A stretch of 39,654 nt of DNA, taken from a virus. Its lineage: Duplodnaviria; Caudoviricetes. Location of the stretch: IMG/VR virus record IMGVR_UViG_3300042265_000067, positions 1 through 39,654 of that record; one strand, given 5' to 3'. A program made the translations under genes and the position numbers. Positions 34,558 to 39,654 of the stretch are shown one piece after another (within the stretch, counting starts at the first letter, position 1; each line of letters begins with the position of its first letter). The notes under the pieces are model-generated. The model was not told the origin of the DNA, made no database searches, and saw only the letters and a list, made by a program, of their open reading frames with translations.

Positions 34558-35778
34558 GTGCTGACCAATTACTACTTTTCGCAAGACCAGATTGACGCCA
34601 TCAATGATATTTTCCTGAATCCGCCAACCGGCAATGCCTATGCGGATCGCTACGACGCCATCCTCTCGATCATCCAGCAGCCGGATGCGTTTGGCACGAC
34701 CGCCGATGCGAGTGTCGTCGCCTGGTTCGGTGCGGCCGCCCAGGCAAACCGGGGCGTCGGTGGAGCATCGGACTTCATTCGGGCCTATACGGCAGCGCAA
34801 ACTTTTATCCGAACCGGCCAGCCAGCCTCTTCCACGGATATTCAGGCGGCATCCGACGCCATCAATCAATCCGTGTGGAATGACTTGTTCAACAACGACA
34901 TCCCGATCAACGGGCAGACCTACTATGCGCTGCCCACAGTTCTCGAAATCGGCCGGAATGACGCGCTGGCGACGATGAACACCCTGGGCTTCAGCACCCC
35001 GAGCATCTGGTCCGGCAACCTGCTCTATCTGGGTTTTGGGATAACGGAATTTTACGAACAGAACATCATCGGCAGCACCAGCAGCACCTATGACTTTTTC
35101 GTCATGCGTGAATCCATGGTCGCGGCTGGATTTTCCGACGCCATGTTCGACGGCGGAATTCAGGACCTCTGGGATCTGTTCTGGGGACAAGGTTGGAGCG
35201 GGACCGCTTCCGCCATCTCCGCGATCGGCAGCGCGAAAGCGGCGACGGATGCTTGGCTTCAGGGCGCCTACGGCGAGTTCTACACCCAGACGCTTGGAGG
35301 GGTGACCAATTTCACGCTGGCGAATTTCTGGACCGGCTCATCGAACGGTGAGCAAATTCTTCCTGACTACAGCAACATCCTGACGGACAACGACAACCTG
35401 CACGGTGGCGGCGGAGACGACGATCTCTTCGGAAGCCTCGGCCTCGACCTGGTTGATGGCGGTCAAGGGTACGATACAGTCAATTTCGCGATCGACCCAA
35501 TTAGTTCGCGGGAAAGCACGGTCGAACTCAAGCCCTATAACAGCGATGTACCATATTCCGCGACCGTTACGTTCCTGACGGAGGACGGTTCGGGAATAGC
35601 AGGCATCAGCAATCTTTATGATGTTGAGAAACTCGTTCTGGGTAGCAATTCAGACTTGGTGATCATCACCGGAGATACCCATCTCCAACTCATCGATGGA
35701 TCGGGCGGCAACGATGAGGGGCGTTACATTACCATCCAGGGCTACGCTGAAATGCCCGTCGACTCGTTCCGTAGCTAA
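34558..35778 (+). CDS. RTX Ca-binding protein, N-terminal part (ends at a premature in-frame TAA)
   Basis: GAGGA RBS + GTG; unrecognised N-terminal domain followed by LHGGGGDDDLFG and VDGGQGYDT repeats. Confidence 0.75.
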   Translation: MLTNYYFSQDQIDAINDIFLNPPTGNAYADRYDAILSIIQQPDAFGTTADASVVAWFGAAAQANRGVGGASDFIRAYTAAQTFIRTGQPASSTDIQAASDAINQSVWNDLFNNDIPINGQTYYALPTVLEIGRNDALATMNTLGFSTPSIWSGNLLYLGFGITEFYEQNIIGSTSSTYDFFVMRESMVAAGFSDAMFDGGIQDLWDLFWGQGWSGTASAISAIGSAKAATDAWLQGAYGEFYTQTLGGVTNFTLANFWTGSSNGEQILPDYSNILTDNDNLHGGGGDDDLFGSLGLDLVDGGQGYDTVNFAIDPISSRESTVELKPYNSDVPYSATVTFLTEDGSGIAGISNLYDVEKLVLGSNSDLVIITGDTHLQLIDGSGGNDEGRYITIQGYAEMPVDSFRS

Positions 35779-35832
35779 GGGGATACGCTGCAACTCGAAA
35801 ATCTCGATACCGGTTCGTCTTCAGAGGTACGC

Positions 35833-38800
35833 GTGAGGCTCCATCGTACCACGCCCACGGGGGAAGAACCCGGCTATCTTGCTACGGGGGAGTTCACGAT
35901 AATCCTGGAGAATTTCGAGGATGTCGTCGGAACCGGTATTCGCGATGTTGTGTCAGGCTCGGAGTTCTCAAATTACCTGTTCGGCATGTCTGGCGATGAC
36001 TTGCTCTTCGGCGAAGGCGCGACTGATTTCCTGGACGGCGGCGACGGCAACGACGTGCTGTACGGGGGTACATGGCTCGGGCTCGATCAAAGCGGCCAAG
36101 GCGCGGATCCGACGGACTACGAAGACGACGGGGTGCGAGACTATCTCGTGGGCGGCACGGGCGTCGAAAAATACTATGCATCGACCTTTGACGATATCAC
36201 GGATGCCACGATTCACGCTGTCGACGAGGCGGCCGCCGCCGGCACGCGGTTCGTCGCCGACGGGGATGGCGAGGTCTATTTCGACGGCGTCCTGCTCGAC
36301 GGCGGCGAGCGGGTGGCGTTCGAGGAGTGGGGCAACTACAAGCCTCATCCTGATCTTCAGATCATGGTCGTTGCGCAAGGGGCCGACCCGGACTCGACCA
36401 ATCCCCACGACTACGTGCAGCGGGAACTGTTCGTCGGAGGCTCTGCGGAAAGCGGTCTTCTTCTGTACCGGGTAATGAATGCCTACTCTCTTGCGTCGGA
36501 CGGCACCCAGGTCGGAGAGTGGCTGCTGATCGTCGAACTCGCCGGAACGGGAAAGGCCATTACCATCTCCGGGGTAGATTACACGCCGGGCGCAGGGATT
36601 GCCGACGGCTTCCTCGGCATAGTCACGTCCGCGAGTGCCGCGACCCTTCTGAGCGCGCTGGTCGCCGGGACCGGCGACACGGGCCCGTACGGCGGCGGCA
36701 TGCCGAGCATGAGCGCGGAGGTCTTCTCCGAACTGGTAGCATACGGGACCGGAGACGAAGCCTTCGATCCTCTCGCCCCGGGCGGCGCGAACACGGGTCT
36801 GACGAACTCGCAAGACAGCGCCGAAGTCGGGCCTGGGCGGCGCCTCGGCCTTGTGCAGGATTCCAGTGAACCCGCGCGGTCCGGGTCTGACCCCGCGACC
36901 GTCCAGTCGGCCGGGAACACGCTTCTGGCCGCAGCAGCCGGCGGCGGTGGTCAAGGCGGTGGAGGCGGCGGTGGCGGCAACTCTCCGCCTCCACCCCCGC
37001 CGCCGACGGGGAGCGGTTTCCTGGGCCTCAGCATCGTGAACCCCGAACCTGCCGCGGATACGTCTGGCAACGACGTTCTGAGGGGCGGAACCGGGAACGA
37101 CACCCTGGTCGCCACCGCCGGCGACGACACGTTGCGTGGATCGGGCGGCAACGACCTGCTTGAAGGCGGCGACGGCGCCGACGAGATCAACGGTGGCAGC
37201 GGTATCGACACCGCGGACTACGGCTCGTCCTACGAAGGTGTTCAGGTGCACCTTGATAATGGCTTCGGAAGCGGCGGGCATGCCACGGGTGACACGCTCT
37301 CATCGATCGAGAACGTCCTTGGCTCAGCTTTCGCGGACCAGATCTACGGAAACAGCGGCGACAACCTCCTCGTCGGTCATTTCGGCAACGACTATTTCCA
37401 GGGCGGCGGCGGAAACGATACGTTCAATGGCGGGCTTGGCAACGATGCCGTGGGTTTCAGCAACGATTCCACGTCCTTCGTGTCGATCGATCTCGGCGCC
37501 GGGACCTTTGGTGGTCTTGCCGCGGGCCACACCTACATCTCCATCGAGTCCTTCGGAGGCACCAACAATGCCGCACAGGGCGACACGCTGATCGGCAGCG
37601 ACGAGCGCAACGACTTGTACGGATACGGCGGCGACGACCTCATCTCGGGCGCGGGCGGCAACGATTATCTTGCCGCGGGCGATGGCTCCGACACCGTCGA
37701 GGGCGGCGACGGTAACGACTATCTGCAGGGCGGCGACGCCGCCGATATCCTGACGGGTGGCGCGGGTTACGACCTCTTCGGCTTCATTTTCGGAGACAGC
37801 GGCACGACCTCGGGCACCTGGGATGTGATCACCGACTTCTCCCAGGGCTTCGACTTCATCGATCTTGGGCGGATCGACGCCAACTCGACCAACGGCGATT
37901 GGTTCTCGGGCCCCAATGACGGCTTCCGCTGGATCGGGACCGATCCGATCTTCAACGGCTCTCCGGGCGATCTGCGGTATGAGCAGGTCGACGGCAACAC
38001 CCATGTCATGGGCGAGACGAACGGTGACGGGGTGGTGGACTTCGTGATCGTGCTGAACGGTCTCTTCGACCTTACGATCGCGGACTTCTACGGCGACAGT
38101 GTCACCGACGTCGGCTCGAACGATCCCATCATCGGCACGGAAGAGAACGACACGATTACCGGCACGGACCGCTCGGAGATCATCTATGGTCTCGGTGGGA
38201 ACGACCGGCTCTACGGCGAGGACGGCTACGACACAATCTACGGTGGCGATGGCGACGACCGGATCGAGGGCTGGCTCGGCGCCGACGAACTGCATGGCGA
38301 AGCCGGCAACGACGTGCTTATCGGCGGTACGAACAACGACACGCTCTACGGCGGGGCCGACGACGACCAGCTTTACGGCTACGAGTACCACGACCTTCTC
38401 TATGGCGGGGATGGCAACGACACGCTGAACGGCGACAAGAGCAGCTCGCTCTATGCCGGGTCCGACACGCTCTACGGCGGCGCGGGCGACGACAATCTCT
38501 GGGGCGGGGCCTACATCGATTATTACGATGGTGGCGAGGGCTTCGATCATGTCACGCTGCAGGATCACACCGACACTGCCTCCGGCGCAACGATCGACCT
38601 CGCCGCGGGCCAGGCGATCTACGATAACGGCGACATCGAGTTCCTCGTCAGTATCGAGGGCGTGACCGCGACCTTCTGGGACGACGTCGTCTACGGCGAC
38701 GACAACGCCAACAGGATCATCGCGTCCAACGGCTCGGACATCGTCTGGGCCGGGGGCGGCGACGACTGGGTCGAGGACACCTACACCGCGCGTGATGAGT

Positions 38801-39564
38801 ATCACGGCGGCGACGGCATCGACACCATCGACATGTCGGGGCCGCTCGGCAACGGAACCTACGACCTCGCGGCTGGTCTCGTCACCTATGCCAGCGGAGG
38901 GACGGACATCGTCGATGGTTTCGAGAACCTGATAGCCGGCGACGGATCGGATACCGTCCTGGGGACCTCGGGAGCAAACATGCTCGACGGAGGCTTGGGG
39001 AACGATACCGTTAACGGTCTGGCCGGCGATGACACGGTTCTGGGAGGTATCGGTGCGGACGTCCTCTACGGCGATGGGGGAAATGATATTCTGGAAGGCG
39101 GTTCCGGTGACGATCAGCATTTCGGTGGAGACGGCGATGATCTGATCCGCGGCAGCATTGGCTTTGACAGCTTCGATGGTGGTACTGGCGTCGACACGCT
39201 CGACTTCTCGTATACGGCCGTGAGTGCAACGCTCGACTTGGCGAGCGAGACCGTTGTCTTTGAAGGCGGCCAAGTTGAAGCCGCGCGGGCATTTGAGAAT
39301 GTGGTCGGAGGTGGTGGAGCCGACATGCTGATCGGAACGTCGGTTACCAACCAATTGTCGGGCAACGAAGGCAACGATACCTTGATCGGAGGCGCTGGCG
39401 ACGACTTGCTGACGGGCGGTGCCGGAGAGGACGTTTTCGTGTTCACGTCCTTGGGCGAGGGTACTGACACGATCACTGATTTCTCGGCACTGGCGGCGGG
39501 TTCAACGGAGAACGACGTGCTCCGCTTCGACTTGAAGTTACCCACAAGTCGTGCGGCAGATTGA
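35833..39564 (+). CDS. RTX Ca-binding protein, remainder (same frame as 34558-35778)
   Basis: Many GGxGxDxL nonapeptides, IENxxG repeats and an internal serralysin C-terminal-like domain. Confidence 0.88.
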   Translation: MRLHRTTPTGEEPGYLATGEFTIILENFEDVVGTGIRDVVSGSEFSNYLFGMSGDDLLFGEGATDFLDGGDGNDVLYGGTWLGLDQSGQGADPTDYEDDGVRDYLVGGTGVEKYYASTFDDITDATIHAVDEAAAAGTRFVADGDGEVYFDGVLLDGGERVAFEEWGNYKPHPDLQIMVVAQGADPDSTNPHDYVQRELFVGGSAESGLLLYRVMNAYSLASDGTQVGEWLLIVELAGTGKAITISGVDYTPGAGIADGFLGIVTSASAATLLSALVAGTGDTGPYGGGMPSMSAEVFSELVAYGTGDEAFDPLAPGGANTGLTNSQDSAEVGPGRRLGLVQDSSEPARSGSDPATVQSAGNTLLAAAAGGGGQGGGGGGGGNSPPPPPPPTGSGFLGLSIVNPEPAADTSGNDVLRGGTGNDTLVATAGDDTLRGSGGNDLLEGGDGADEINGGSGIDTADYGSSYEGVQVHLDNGFGSGGHATGDTLSSIENVLGSAFADQIYGNSGDNLLVGHFGNDYFQGGGGNDTFNGGLGNDAVGFSNDSTSFVSIDLGAGTFGGLAAGHTYISIESFGGTNNAAQGDTLIGSDERNDLYGYGGDDLISGAGGNDYLAAGDGSDTVEGGDGNDYLQGGDAADILTGGAGYDLFGFIFGDSGTTSGTWDVITDFSQGFDFIDLGRIDANSTNGDWFSGPNDGFRWIGTDPIFNGSPGDLRYEQVDGNTHVMGETNGDGVVDFVIVLNGLFDLTIADFYGDSVTDVGSNDPIIGTEENDTITGTDRSEIIYGLGGNDRLYGEDGYDTIYGGDGDDRIEGWLGADELHGEAGNDVLIGGTNNDTLYGGADDDQLYGYEYHDLLYGGDGNDTLNGDKSSSLYAGSDTLYGGAGDDNLWGGAYIDYYDGGEGFDHVTLQDHTDTASGATIDLAAGQAIYDNGDIEFLVSIEGVTATFWDDVVYGDDNANRIIASNGSDIVWAGGGDDWVEDTYTARDEYHGGDGIDTIDMSGPLGNGTYDLAAGLVTYASGGTDIVDGFENLIAGDGSDTVLGTSGANMLDGGLGNDTVNGLAGDDTVLGGIGADVLYGDGGNDILEGGSGDDQHFGGDGDDLIRGSIGFDSFDGGTGVDTLDFSYTAVSATLDLASETVVFEGGQVEAARAFENVVGGGGADMLIGTSVTNQLSGNEGNDTLIGGAGDDLLTGGAGEDVFVFTSLGEGTDTITDFSALAAGSTENDVLRFDLKLPTSRAAD

Positions 39565-39654
39565 TTCACCCACAATACTTGGCCTTGCCCATGAAATAGC
39601 ATTCATGATTCGTCATGTGGCACCAAATGATTGAGGTGCTGGCATGGGACGGAG

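Overview
GC-rich DNA, most likely from an alphaproteobacterium (Rhodobacteraceae-like). About 33.4 kb (1 to ~33,400) is a lambda-like prophage read mostly on the minus strand and running off the left edge of the window. From right to left it carries: a P4-type tyrosine integrase (frameshifted), a divergent regulator, an excisionase-like HTH, VRR-NUC, a replication initiator with internal iterons, a two-frame C5 DNA methyltransferase, a ~6 kb bacterial cargo island (wHTH-TPR regulator, CysK-like enzyme, exported protein, PLP decarboxylase, four gene remnants), a recognisable lambda-type cos site, two ParB-MTases, HNH, an opposite-strand cluster of small genes, and then terminase, portal, S49 protease, capsid, neck, tail tube, a frameshifting tail chaperone, tape measure and a GTA-type distal tail gene. 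Two opposite-strand morons sit in the tail operon: a Zn-ribbon/HEPN protein (candidate anti-phage RNase) and a GNAT toxin-like gene. Right of the integrase are an exported-protein gene and a ~5 kb RTX Ca-binding gene split by one in-frame stop. No CI-type repressor, lysis genes, tRNA, rRNA or CRISPR array was recognised. All family calls come from motif recognition and recall, not database searches.
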